Of a DNA stretch of 58,296 bases, positions 10,819 to 23,039 are shown in pieces; the first letter of the stretch is position 1, and every line of letters starts with the position of its first letter. Origin of the DNA: Chrysochromulina tobinii (lineage: Eukaryota). The stretch is taken from assembly GCA_001275005.1 (NCBI GenBank), contig JWZX01003314.1, forward strand, positions 1 to 58,296, read 5' to 3'. The position numbers were made by a program, and so were the translations under genes. The notes under the pieces were generated by a model, which was given only the letters and a program-made list of their open reading frames with translations, had not been told where the DNA came from and did no database searches.

Positions 10819-11973
10819 GTGTGTGTGGTCCATTTCTCTCCCTCATTTCTATCCGGAACAAGCTTTGGTTCAGGTCTCCGGTGTTCGCGCGTTGGAGACG
10901 CGGATGGCCGACGTGGCGCTCCGGACCGCGGATGCGTCGGAGCTCGCAACGTACCTGTCTCACGTGTACCGCCAGCCTATACCCACCGACCATGTCGCCA
11001 TGAGAAATGCCAGCACCAGCACATGCAGTGGCTCTGGAACTTTGCGCCACTGCCTCTGAAAAAACTGTGCGTACACAGGAGGGAGACAAATGTCACCGTA
11101 TTGTGCGCAGCACATGCCAGACTGCCCGCGAAAGCTGTCGGAATTTCGATGATGAGTCCAAACCTAGGGCTTATTCGACTCGAAAAGTTCGGCGTCGCCT
11201 TACCGCAGTGCATTCGTGGTGCTGGCAGCGTTGCGACGCTGGCGTTGTTGCCCATGGGCACGCCTGGGGCACGCTGGGATGCTCCGGTGGTTCGCGCCGG
11301 CGAAGAAGCGTTCGTGGAGGTCATTCGCATCGACTATGCGGCTTATGTGCGGGGCAATGACTTTTTCGCTACTAGGGCTCAGCGGGAGGGCAGAGGTAAA
11401 TCGGTGACCGCCATGGACAAGGAGGGTGGTCCGAATGGCTGCTGGTTCTTGACTCAACGTGGCAGTGGTGTTTTCGTGCGTGCTGGGCGCGTGTTGCGCG
11501 TCGCCGACCGCTCCGAGCTCGTCGAGCGCCTAAACATCAGCCTCGTGCATCGCGGCAAGCGCCATGGCCGCGACGACCTCAAATTCATCAATAGGCTCGA
11601 GGACTTCATGCCACTCTGCCCGCATGTGCGCTCGCACGGCTTCGACACTCTGATCTTCGACAATCATGGGGGCTTTGGGGCCAATGGAGCGCTTGAGCTG
11701 GTCAGCTGCCAAAGAACGTGCATCGATCACAAGCTCAATAGTTCGTGCGTCCCTGAACTGCGCACTGGCTGGGGCGCGTCGCTGCCTTGCTCGTGCAACG
11801 GCTCGCTGCCAGTCGTCAACTGCGCGCTTACTGGTGTGGACCAGGTGGGCCCATGGCCAGCTATTCGGCATCACTACGCGGGCGGGTTTCAAGCTCCCCT
11901 AAATGTTGGCAGGTGGATCCCGCGCTGGCCGGTTATGCCCACGGTCAGGCTGCCGATGTGCAAACATGGGTGA
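10819..11973 (+). CDS. Hypothetical Cys-rich protein; 5' structure unresolved
   Basis: Long ORF with globular-looking motifs (FVEVIR, GCWFLTQRGSGVFV, ELVSC, LRTGW..PCSCN..VVNC). The coding-like upstream segment (ELATYLSHVY) is in another frame. Confidence 0.55.
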   Translation: MCVVHFSPSFLSGTSFGSGLRCSRVGDADGRRGAPDRGCVGARNVPVSRVPPAYTHRPCRHEKCQHQHMQWLWNFAPLPLKKLCVHRRETNVTVLCAAHARLPAKAVGISMMSPNLGLIRLEKFGVALPQCIRGAGSVATLALLPMGTPGARWDAPVVRAGEEAFVEVIRIDYAAYVRGNDFFATRAQREGRGKSVTAMDKEGGPNGCWFLTQRGSGVFVRAGRVLRVADRSELVERLNISLVHRGKRHGRDDLKFINRLEDFMPLCPHVRSHGFDTLIFDNHGGFGANGALELVSCQRTCIDHKLNSSCVPELRTGWGASLPCSCNGSLPVVNCALTGVDQVGPWPAIRHHYAGGFQAPLNVGRWIPRWPVMPTVRLPMCKHG

Positions 11974-13021
11974 AGACTGGCTAGAGTGGTTGAATAGTAA
12001 GATTCCCCGCGTCTATAACCGTCTTGCGTCTACTCGAGTACACAAATAAGCTGGCTCTCCCTGCATGCCCTGAAGGACAGACGGCCACCCCAGGTCAACA
12101 CAAGTACCTCGAGTACTCGCTATTGACTCGCTCTTATCGCTCTCCAGGGAAGCAGGTAGCGCTCTGAAGGACGCTCTAGTGGGCTTGTACGTCAATATGT
12201 TGCTCGAGTGAGATCGTCGCTCTCCCAGCGCAAAAGGTGATCCCTGCCGCTCGGTGGGGCAGCCACGGAAGGAGTGATAGTTTTAATATTTAACGAACAT
12301 GACGTGCCCCCAACCCCCACGGGCGCACACGGGCACACGGATCACACAGACGCTGAGTATCTTTACTGTCGCTTCCCGTTTGACAGGCAAGGCTCCGGAC
12401 ACCGTGTTTATCTTTGTGCACTTTTACCAAATGATCGAGCGCTCAGCACGACGCAAATCGGCGATGACGTTCTCTCTCCTGGGAGCTCTTCGAGTCTTCA
12501 TCGACCTGAAGCGCGACATCTCGGCTCGCTACCGTTTATACCGTATCGCTAAGTTCGCTACCATGCCCACAACTCTCCCGCGCAAACTCCCGCCGCGAGC
12601 ATACATGTATGTTAGGGACCTGACTGTGGTGTAACTGTTGTGTAACTGTGGTGTGCACCGTGTGCTCTCGTTCTGTGGTGTAAGTGTGTGGTGTAACTGC
12701 GGTGTGTCGCGCACGAACGCCCGGCCGAGAGATAAAAGCTGCTTCCCCCCTCCCCACCTCCCCCAACATCCACAGCGAGGGATCGGAACCGAAAACGACC
12801 GCACAAAACTTCACCATGTCCTCACTCGGATCATGATCTTCTTGAGTACACTCCATGGGTGCATGTGAATGTGATGCGGCGCTGGCCGTTGCCGCCCCGA
12901 AGGGAATCGGCAATCGGGGTCTTCTTCAAGCATGCATGCTCCAAAATTCCAGCCCAGCCCAGCATGCAGCCCAGCCACGTCGCCACATCAGCCTTTCGCC
13001 AGTCCAACATATTTGAGACGG

Positions 13022-16000
13022 TTACCAGTCCATCCAGACGGCATCCCACTTGTTCGTGTCGTACCCCGGGTCATGCACGATGGGCTCGCCTCGCCAATCG
13101 ATGGGCCCAAAATTGGCATCGTCGTCCGAGCCTGTCAGCTTGGGCACAAAGGGCGGCGGCATCGCGCCGCTCAGCAGGCCGTCAAAGTCAAAGCCATGGA
13201 ACCAAATATGCGCCTTGACATCTGCGGCATCCTCGGGCGACGAGCCGAGCCGAATCGGCTCCGTGGGAAGACGGTTGGCGCTCCCATGGTTGGCACTCGG
13301 GAGGGCGCTCCCTTTGTAGTTGGCGATCGGGAGAGATGGTCGGAGCAGGGCTGCCACAAAGTCTCGCACGCATGCCGAGGGAGGCGTGTGCGGCCCCACG
13401 GGGGCCTTGGAGTTGGGCGTGCGCCGCGGCTCCTTGGGCCACGTGCATGCTCCGCGCTTGATGGCGGCGAAGAGGCTGCGGTCGCTGCCGTCGGCGCTGT
13501 TGAACGGCAGCTCGCCGTTGAGCATCTCGAACACGAGGACTCCGAGGGCCCACCAGTCGGCCGCCTTGGTCGCCCCTTCGGCCCGTAACACCTCAGGTGC
13601 GAGGTACTGCGGTGTGCCGACCACCGTCATGGAGTGCTCGGTGCGCATTGCCAGCCCTAGGTCGCACACCTTGAGGTAGCCCCGCACGTCGAGGAGCAGG
13701 TTTTCAGGCTTAAGGTCTCGGTAGATGAAGCCCGCATGGTGCAGGTGGCCGAGCGCGAGCATCACTGCGCCCGCGTAGTACTTCACGGCGGGCTCCGGGA
13801 TCATTTCGAGCTCCTCGATGAGCGCGAAGATCTCCCCGCCGATGGCAAGCTCCATCGCGAAGTAGAGGTGCTGCGCGTCTGAAAACGTGCCGTACAGCCG
13901 CACGATGCATGGATGGGCTGCGCACGAGAGGGCCTCCTTCTCGGCGAGCACCTGGTGTACCTTGTTCTTCTTGACGACGACCGACTTGAGGATGCACTTG
14001 AGCGCCATCAGCTGCCGGCGAGGGCGGGGGTGCAAGGCACAGGTAATGTACAGGAGTCCAACGTCAAAGGGATCGTGTGAGGGAGGGTGTGTGCGTGCGC
14101 AGCGCAGTCGGAAGGGGGGCGGTCCACATATTTTACCGTGCCCGTCTCCTTGTGGCGGCACATGAAGACGTTGGCAAAGGCACCCGACCCGAGGAACTTC
14201 ACTGGCTCAAGGTCATTCGGCTGCGTCGGTGCCTTGGAGGCGCTGCTGGCGGCACCCGTGACCGTGGCAGTGAGATTGGGCGCCGCCTCCTGCACATCCT
14301 CCACGTTCTCGGCGGCCTTGAGCTCGAGCGACGAGTTGCATAGCGTGACGGAGGCCCAGCTCGGGCCGTATGGCAACGGGGGCCGCATAACAGCGACGGG
14401 CGACGGCTCGGGCACCTGCTGAGGGGTTGGATTCGAGGACGGGGAGGGCAGGTACGAGGCGGTCTCGGTCGCCTTGTAGCTTGGCCGACCGGTGATGGGC
14501 GCGCCTTGGCACGAGCGCGGCCTCGGCGGCAGCGGTGCCTCGGGGCGCGATGACTTCCGACGCAGCGCGGCCCGATGAGCCTGGATCTCCTTGAGGTCTT
14601 CAAAGGGGAGGCAGGCGACGGGAGAGCCTGCGATGACGGCGATGGCGCACACCCAGGCCCACAGATACGATGCGATCCCGTACGCCTGGCGCACCTTGTC
14701 GTAGCTCACGCTCGTGAGGTGCACCTCGAGAGGCGCGAGCTGCGCAGCGCTGATCGAGTCGACCTCGAGGGTACGCAGCGCGTGGCTCGCGGCGATCGGA
14801 TCGAGGGCAGCCCATCTGGGAGGATGCAATGCCGCCTCGGCCGCGGGCACGCGGCTGGCCGGCGGCTCAAGGGCTGCGTTGTTCTGGCGGATGAGGGTGG
14901 GCTCGAGCAGGACGAGCGCCCCTTTGATCACGTGCGCGAGCAGCTCGGGCGGCTCCTTGATCTGGAGGATTAACTGAAGCGATTGCGGATTGAGCGCCTC
15001 GACCGATCGAGTGATGACATGGTACGCGGACACAACGCGGCTCATTTCGGCTTCCATGGCGATTTGGTCGATGAGCAGATCGCTCAGCGCCACATGGCAG
15101 ATGCGCAGCCCGAGGGCGGCCGACGTACGCACTGCACGAAGCGCCGCACTGTCTTCCAGACCATCCTCCTCCCCCTCGAGCGGCTTGGCAGTGGGCGCGA
15201 GAGCTGGCTCAGGTTTGGGCGGCTCATCGATGCAGAGCGGCTTGACAACGGACCCGCTCGGCATGCCGCCCACAATCGAATCCCTTCGAAGAGGATTGTG
15301 CGACGGAGGGGCGCTTGAAGCGCTCGGGATGCCGGCCACGGTCGAACCCCTTCGCACAATATTGTGCGCCGCGGGCGCGAGGTTCGAGGCGAAGCCCGCC
15401 GCCATTGGTGACTCGTCCGCGCTGGCGATCGACATCCTGCGAGGTCGTACCGACATGCGGAGTGCGTTGGTCTTTGCGGCCAACTGCGGGCGAGCGCGAG
15501 CGAGCGCAAGCGAGCGCGTGTGAGCGGCATCCGTTGCAAACATGACGACTTCGAATAGAGAGGCGCGGGCGAGAGGCATGGGCGATGGGCTCGCGCTAAG
15601 ATAGCGCTAAGACATTGGGACGAGGGATTACGCAGCAGCGTACCGCGGCGCCCATCTCGGTTGCGGTCACCACTTGCTGCGTTGGCAACGGCGGCGTACT
15701 AGAGGGCGAGGGCGTCGAGGAGTTCTTGGAGGCCGAGCTCTCGAGGAGGCGAGCAGCGACAGCGGCAGACTCGAGGGCCGCCAACTTTGGCAGGCGAAAG
15801 TCGACGGCTGCCGGGTCGACTGCTGCCAGATCAACGGCCGATCTTTCAGGCTTGGACAACGAGAGAGAAGATAGCTTTGGCGAGGTGTACACTTGCTCGG
15901 GCATGGCGGTGCTTCCGAGTAGCTCGGCGAGGGACGGCCAACCATGGACATTGGCGCCATCCTCGGGTTTAGCGACGAGATTGAGCGACGGAGACGTGGC

Positions 16001-16594
16001 AGTTGATGCGGTTGCTTCAGAGCCAGAACCACTGGTCTTCGAGCTGTCGGTTGGGAAAAGCTTTCCCTTGGACGACACGCGCATCGACGGTTGTTGAATC
16101 CCCGCCGGCGTGGCACTCTCCTCATCAGCCCACGGAGACGACTTTGGCGTGGCACCCGTGTTTCTCACTGCCATTCTTGCATACGGTGTGCGCGACGGCT
16201 CCGTCGGTCTCGGGGAGTGGGGTGGTGTGCTGGAGACTGGCGAGTATTTGACCCCGACGCGCAAAGAGTTGTTGCGAGCGAGAGACGGCAGCAGGGAGCC
16301 CGCTGAGGATTTGAGCGCGGCTGCCTCGAGGATCGCGACGGTCGTCAGCCTTGGCGTTTCTAAGGCCGAGCGCTCGCGTGCCGTCGCCACGTTGGAGCTC
16401 GCGGCCTCGGCATGAGTCTCGGTCAGCATGATCATGATGCAATGCGCGCAACGAATGGCAAACTTTGTGCGCCGCGCGTGCGGACGAAGCCGGTCTCGCG
16501 CGGCGTCCATGTTTGGAATTCCTCGCACCTCGTGGCGCGCTATGTGCTGATTCACGTCGGCGCAAGAAATGACGCCCATCACGGCGCTCTTCAC
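13022..16594 (-). CDS. AGC-family (PKA/PKG-like) Ser/Thr kinase with a long low-complexity N-terminus; exons ~16594-15644, 15483-14137, 14011-13022; start uncertain
   Basis: LGSGAFANV, MALK, YRDLKPEN, DLG, GTPQYLAPE, DWWALGV and AGC tail PPPFVP..DDANF. Introns 14012-14136 and 15484-15643 are GT-AG, phase 0. Confidence 0.88.
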
Positions 16595-16665
16595 AGAAGG
16601 AGCCCTACCAACGTCCGTGGTCCAGTCCGTGTAGGTAGGAGAGCGGGTTCAGCTCAAGGTCAGGC

Positions 16666-19600
16666 ATGGTGCCAGGCCGCTATGAGAGCCTGGGTTGGGC
16701 CACAGGCCAGAGCAAGGCGTGGCAGGCTCATGCTTCACAGCAGGAGCTCGCGCAAAAGTTGGACGACGACCCAGCGCCACGACGTACACTCGCACGCCCG
16801 CAATCTGCGCCGTCACTTCGCAACGCGCCGACGCTGGGTGAGTCCGCCACACCGGAGCGACCGGCGAATCAGCGCACTGAAGTTCAGCGCCCAGGGACGG
16901 CCAATGCAGCCACGCGCAGAGCTACGCAGCTCAGTCGGGCTCCGAGCGCGCAGCAGCTCGACCCACCTCCGCCTCCGCCGGAGCAGCAAAGGCCAGCACC
17001 ATCTCTGCCGAGCAGTGCGTCGACGGTGATGAGGCCGCAACTATTGGCGGTTGCAGGGCCCGCATCGGCCCCGGCACTCCTGGCCGCCGAGGCGGCCGTT
17101 GCGGCCGTCTCCTCCGCGCAGTCGAGCAAGCCCAAGCACCGACCACCACTCTTCCATCGGCCCGCGCCGCTGCCCAGCTACAATCCTCGCGGTGATCCAT
17201 TCATCCGGCCCGGGCAGCGGCTGTCCGCGGCGTCGTCGGCGGCCATGCATCCGCTCGCTGACCACCTGCGCCCGCCGGGCGCCAGCTCCGCCGAGCCACC
17301 GCCTCCGAGGAGCATTCAGAGCACCCGGCCTTTTTTCCGGGCTGCCGACGACGGCCGTGGCGGAGGCGGCATTAAGGTGAATGTGCGTGAGATGCTGATG
17401 CTGCGCAAGCAGGCGGATGCGGGGCGCTCGCGCCCGCCCGCGCACATCACCAACCCTCCACCGCGCCGACCCAAGGACAAGCTGCCCGGTACGAAGCGTG
17501 CCCAAATGGAGGTTTTGTCGGCGAGTCTGGACTACAAGGAGGTCATCGCCCGCGCCACGCGGGAGAGTCATCGCGGGAGTCGGTTCGTGCTGATTGAGAA
17601 CAATCCGCTCATTGAGGCTGCGTCGCTGCCGACGAACTTTCCACGAACTTTCCACGAACTTTCCACGAACTTTCCACGCACCCCAGCTCGCATGGAAGTC
17701 GATGGCTGTGAGGGAGCGGTCGGCGACGAGGTCGACGAGGAGGCGGAGGCGGAGGCGGATTGGGTCGCGACGCGAACAAAGTACGCGCCGCCAACGAAGT
17801 GGGCCGCTGCGCTCGACGACTACTACGACGAGCAGCACTCCACTTTGGGCCAACGCTCGGCTCCTCCCTCGGATCTGCTTGAGCGCTTTTCGTGCGCGTC
17901 AGCTGCCAACGCCGCCGACGAGGGGTGCGGCACGACGGACGCATTCCGCAGCACGGACGATGCCGCGGCCGAGGCAGCTGAGCGTGTTGACCTCAGTGGA
18001 CTGCCCTCCTTTACCTTTGGCGAGCTGCGGATGCTTCGGCGCTGCTTTGGGCACTCTCGCGAGGGAGCCGCTGACTACGGTGGCGTTGCGAGTGCGGCCG
18101 CGGTACGTGAGGCACTCCGGCGGGTCTGGCCGCAGCTCAGCGCCAGGCAGCTGGCGTCTCTCGTCGACCAGATGGCTGGCAGCATGCCTGGGGGGGGATC
18201 AGATGGAGGGCGCGAGACGGATTTGGTTGGGGAAGGTGTGCCTGAGGCGAGCCTGACGTATCGATGCGTGCTCGACTTTCTCGCGCGCCATTGCCAAAAG
18301 CTCGCGATCGCAATCGATGAGCGCACCGCACCACTCTGCAACACGTTCGCTGAGCCGCCCGACACGGCGCCACCCGCCTGGTACACGTTGCATGCGGCGC
18401 CGCTCAGCCAGATCCTCGAGCTGCCCGCCACAGCGCGCTGCAACCGGCACAAGTTGCTCACGCACTCGTCTGACGGCGTCATCGGGCTGTGGAGTTCATC
18501 CTCGCTCCGACCGAGTACCACCTTCAGCGTGCGCCGCCACGGGCAGCTCGACGGGGTCGGGATGTGGAATGCGAACGAGGACATGCTCAACGTTGCGCGC
18601 CGTCCGCTGTGCGCCGCGTACGTGGCGCAGCACGAGCTGGCTGTGCTCGGCTGCGTCGATCGTCATCTGTACCTGTATGACTGCGAGCACATTGACGGAA
18701 CTGGTGAGCGCTGTGCGCATCGAGTGTGAGTGCATGCTGATTGCATCTCTGAGCACATGCTGAGTGCCCCCTTCATCAGGTGAGCTCAGTGCACATCGAG
18801 TGGGTCATTGGCCGCTTCCCGCTCTGTGCGTGCCTACGTGCTTGACAGCCTTTCTGGATGGCAAAGGGCACGGCAAGCTGGCGATTGGCGACAAGGAGGG
18901 CGCCGTGACGATCTGGGACTCGGAGGCGCTCGTGGCCGGCGCCAAGGGTCTCGCGCGTGGCAAGCGCCCAGCTGGGGGTACAGATGGGGCATGCGTCTTC
19001 CGTCTCCCCAAGGCCCATGCCGATTGGGTCACTCAGCTCACGTACACGACCTCGTTATTCTCGGGTGCCCTGCTGAGCTCGGCGATGGACGGCGTGATCC
19101 AGTGCATCGACCTTGGCGCGGGGGCGGTCGGACGCTCGCTTCGAGGGCATACGAAGGGTGTCTATACCATCGCCATGTGCGAGGCCTTTGGAGGCGGCAA
19201 GCTGGTCTCAGGCGGCCTTGAGCGTGATCTGTATGTGTGGTCGCTCAACACTCCCAAGCCGCTCGCAGTGCTGCCGGGCCACCGGGCGCCCATCAGGCAG
19301 CTGGCCTCCGACGACGACTTCCAGCAGGTGATCTCCCTTGATTCGCTCGGAGCGATGCGTGTGTGGGACTTGCGCATGATGCGCTGCGTGCAGTCGCTCA
19401 ACGCGCCGCCGGCCGAAGGCGAGAATGAGCCGCCGCCACCCATATTAGGCAACGGGCTCGCGGAGGGTGACGTGGGCGCACCCTCGCACAACTCGCTGCG
19501 CACAGCCGTTTCGGCGATCTGGTATGACCGGGGCCGGCGCAGGCTCATCGGCGGCCATCAGCACCTGACCGCGTGGCACTCGCACATGCCCCCCTCCGAC

Positions 19601-22600
19601 CTCTCCCCGCCGAGCTCCCCTCGCGCGCGACGGAGTCAGTCCTCCTTGTTGGAGCCGCCGGTCCAAGTACGGCTGTCGCAGGCGAATGAGGCGGCCATCG
19701 AAGAGGCCGAGGCGGCGCTCAAGGCGGCCAAGGCGGCGGCAGCCCGGCCGAGAGCCACCACAGCGAATTTCCCCACACGGACCCTGGGCCGTGAGGCGGA
19801 GGCGGCGGCAGCGACGACCAAGGCACCGCCCACCAAGGCGCCGCCCACCAAGCCGCCGTCCTCCTCACCGGACGACGAGGACGGCGACGGCGACGAGGAG
19901 AGCGGTGCCGTAATGGGCGGTGCCGAGGATCAGCCCGCGGCGGCGCCGTCCCTGCCCTCTCCGCGCACCCTTGCCCAGATCCGCCTGGCAACGACCGGTA
20001 CGCCTCTCACACAGCTCGTGTACTGATGACCTCTGATGACCTCTGATGGCCTCTGATGGCCTCTGATGACCTCGGATGACCTCGGATGACCTCGGATGAC
20101 CTCGGATGACCTCGGATGACCTCGGATGACCTCGGATGACCTCGGATGACCTCTGATGACCATCCTCATCAGGCACGCCTCTCACTCGGCTCGTGTACGC
20201 GCACGCGTATGGCTTGGTGGCTGTGGGCGACGCGGCTGGGGTGCTGAGCGTCTGGGCGGTCGCGACGGGGCAGCTGGTGCGCTGCGTGCGCGATGCCCAC
20301 GGCGGCGCTCCGATCACCTCGCTGAGTACCGACGCGCCCGGCCGAAGACTCATTTCCGGTGCGCACGACGGCTCGGTGTGCACGTGGACCCTGGCAACGG
20401 GCTGTGAACTCAGCTGCCGCCTCGCGCCGCACGACGTGGGCGACGGCCTGGGCACCGAATTGACGACGCTGATCCACCTGAGCGTGGCGCGAGGTGCGAT
20501 CTCGTACGTGCTCGGGAGCGGTTGGGGGCGGCGCGTCGTCTTGTGGAGGGATGAGGTGGCGCCGCAGGGCGTCTGCGCCGAGCCGGGCGGCGGGCCCGAG
20601 TGCGTGTGGGCCTCCCCCCCCTCCCACACGGATGACGTCCTGTGCATGGCACACCACGCGCCTTCGACGCTCGCGACGGCGCCTTCGACCCTGGCTACCG
20701 GTACAGCGGATGGCGTTGTGGCCTTATGGGAGCTCGATACGAATGCATTGAGTCAGCATGGTGGCATGGGCCGACCCGTCCAGGCCCTCGACAAAGGAGG
20801 CACCGCCTCGTTGAATGCGATGCGAGTCAAGCGCACGTTACGTGTGCCTCCGGCGGCCTCGGTGCCGGGCGCCTCCTTCGCCGCCGCCGTCTGCTCGTCG
20901 CCGCCGATAGCCTTAAACGCGGATCTCGTCGATGCCAGTGCTGTGGAGTGCGTCTGCTGGCTGCCCTCGATCGCGCCGCCGCTCGTGCCGCTCGTCGCCG
21001 CGACAACCGACGGCCGGCTGCTCGTGTGGGGAGCCGTGACGCGCCTCCAACCCGGCCAGCCCGCCATCATCGACCTGCACGAGTCCTTGGGCCATTGCGA
21101 TGAGGACGCGCTTGTCGCTCTCGTGACCGATGAGCTCAACACGATTCTCGTGAGCGCCGACGGCGGCGGCACCATTAAGGTGTGGAGTCTGACGAAGCTC
21201 GCCGCCCACCTCGAGCGCAGCTACCAGTGCTCCGTCCTGCGGGCCGGGGGCACTCCTCCAAGCCCAGCCAAGGGCGGCGGCTCGCATGCCGAGGCCACCG
21301 GCTCCACGCTCCCGATGGCCTCCCTCGGGGAAGCGCTCGCCTTCTGGCGCGTGCGAGATGGCGGGCTGGTCGCGATGGAGCTCGTGCCCTCCAGATCGCA
21401 ATCTGGATCTCCCCTCGTGCCCTCCAGATCGCAATCTGGATCTCCCCTCGGGCCCTCCAGATCGCAATCTGGATCTCCCCTCGGGCCCTCCAGATCGCAA
21501 TCTGGATCTCCCCTCATCCTCACTGGCGCGGCCGACGGCACCACCTGCTTGTTCACGCTCAGCGGCGCGCTCGTGGGCACATTTGGCGCCAATGCGATCG
21601 GGTGGCGGCTGGACGATCCCAACACGTATGCATGCCGCACCGCCCAGTCGCCGAGGCCGTTTTGGCAGCGGCGCCAGAAGCACCTCGAAGACGCGAAGCT
21701 GTCCAAGCGCGCGCAGCGCCTGTGGGGATCCGCCAGGGTGCTCGCGCCACCCCTGTGGGGATCCGCCAGGGTGCTCGCGCCACCCCTGTGGGGATCCGCC
21801 AGGGTGCTCGCGCCACCCCTGTGGGGATCCGCCAGGGTGCTCGCGCCACCCCTGTGGGGATCCGCCAGGGTGCTCGCGCCACCCCCGGCGTCGGACGAAG
21901 ACGTGATGGCGTCCGCCACGGCGCTGGCCGTCGCGACGGCGCTCGAGGCGGCGGACGCGCCCACGACGACGCGAGCTGCAGGGCTCCATCACAACTCCAC
22001 CGCGCGCGCGGCGGCGGCGGCAGCGGCGCGCGCGGCCGCGCTTGTGGCGGTGGCGGCGCCGGCGGCGGTCTCAGAGGCGGCAGCGCCAGCGGCGGCGGCA
22101 GCGACAGCGGCGACAGCGGCGGCAGTGCAGCGCGCTTCGAGCGTCGCCTCGAGCGTCGCCAACCCTTCACCGCCCCCCTTCCGCTCCGGCGTGCGTTTCG
22201 TCAAGGGGCCGAGTGCCGCCGGTGGCGTACCCACCCGTCGTGCCGACCTGAGCTCCACTTGGGAGAATACTCTGCATGCGCAGTCGGCGCTCAGCGGCGG
22301 CGACCTGGCGGCGGCGCAGGCGGCGGCGGCGCAGGCGGCGGCGGCTGCGCATCGTCAGCACGTGCTGCGCGCCAAGGGCTTCGAAGTCCAACGGCCGCCG
22401 CAATCAACGAATGAGATTCACAGCTTCCTTAAAGGGAAGTCCGGTGCCCAGCTCGGCGCGTCGTATGAGGGGGGCGTGGGCCCGACGGTGGGTGCATCGT
22501 ACACGGCCGCCCGCCCACCCGTCCCTCAGCTGCATGCAAGTGCTCACCACGGCGCCTCCTCCCTCTCCCCACAGGTGGGTGCATCGTACACGGCCGCCCG

Positions 22601-23039
22601 CCCACCGCCGCTCGATCCAAATCGGGTCGCCGATGCCTCGATCTCCCTCGAGCGAGATTTAGAGAGGGTGCTCCATTCCACAGCAGTCGTCGGCGGTTAC
22701 CATTCCGGCCCGGCCATGCGCCGCACCCGATATGGCGGCCGGCCGGCGGCGCGCGGCGAGACCCCAAGCATCGGGCCATGGCGGCAGGTGCTCACCAAGC
22801 AATGGGAGGCACCGCCCGACAACCCGCGACCCGCGAGCGTCGGCGAGCTTCGTCAGGCCGTCGCGAGCGCCGTACCGGTGCCCGAGTACGCGAGTTGGGC
22901 CTTCGGCTCGACTGGGCGCTCCAAATATGGCGTGGGCATCGCGGCAGAGAGCGAGCCGCAGAGGAGGCCAAAGGACGTCGCCTGGGGTCTCGCGGTCTCG
23001 AACACACACGAAGGTCTCGTCGCCGCCTCGGATTCGTGA
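16666..23039 (+). CDS. Large WD40-repeat protein with a degenerate EF-hand-like region (WDR49/WDR64/EFCAB8-like); introns 18704-18779, 19998-20172, probably 22488-22574
   Basis: WD motifs (AHADWVTQL, GHTKGVYTI, GHRAPIRQL..VWDLR, AHGGAPITSL, SHTDDVLCM, GTIKVWSL). Three ORFs are joined in phase by GT-AG introns. Subfamily is an inference. Confidence 0.8.
17632..17678. repeat. 11-bp tandem repeat x4 (ACGAACTTTCC)
   Basis: Read directly; lies inside the ORF and may be intronic. Confidence 0.9.
18704..18779 (+). other. 76-bp intron: 24-bp exon duplication (3 mismatches) plus degenerate motif A insert
   Basis: G|GTGAGC...CTGATTGC...CTTCATCAG|GT. 18703-18726 versus 18779-18802; phase 1/1. Confidence 0.88.
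19998..20172 (+). other. 175-bp intron: 27-bp exon duplication plus ~14 copies of the 10-mer CTC(T/G)GATGAC
   Basis: G|GTACGC...CATCCTCATCAG|GC. 19997-20023 versus 20172-20198 (3 mismatches); phase 1/1. Confidence 0.9.
21381..21515. repeat. 33-bp coding tandem repeat x4 (LVPSRSQSGSP)
   Basis: Read directly; the unit contains the hairpin CCAGAT-CGCA-ATCTGG. Confidence 0.95.
21720..21884. repeat. 33-bp coding tandem repeat x5 (LWGSARVLAPP)
   Basis: Five identical copies read directly. Confidence 0.95.
22488..22574 (+). other. 87-bp probable intron: perfect 33-bp duplication plus motif B insert
   Basis: 22487-22519 = 22574-22606; insert TGCATGCAAGTGCTCACCACGGCGCC..CTCTCCCCACAG. It is in frame and stop-free, so splicing is not forced. 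Confidence 0.75.

Noticed and set aside
12274..12913. Small ORFs and GTGTAACTG repeats
   Set aside because: No consistent gene model; probably UTR, intergenic or a small unresolved gene.
14012..15643. Kinase introns as members of the duplication-insert family
   Set aside because: No flanking duplication and no A/B motif. They are conventional introns and serve as an internal control, as does 5109-5361.
20024..20172. CTGATGA as hammerhead ribozyme core or C/D-box snoRNA
   Set aside because: No downstream GAAA with stems II/III and no terminal stem or guide region. A branch-point role explains the motif more simply.
21381..21884. CRISPR-like arrays (33-bp repeats)
   Set aside because: Head-to-tail repeats without unique spacers, in frame in a eukaryotic gene, and no cas genes.
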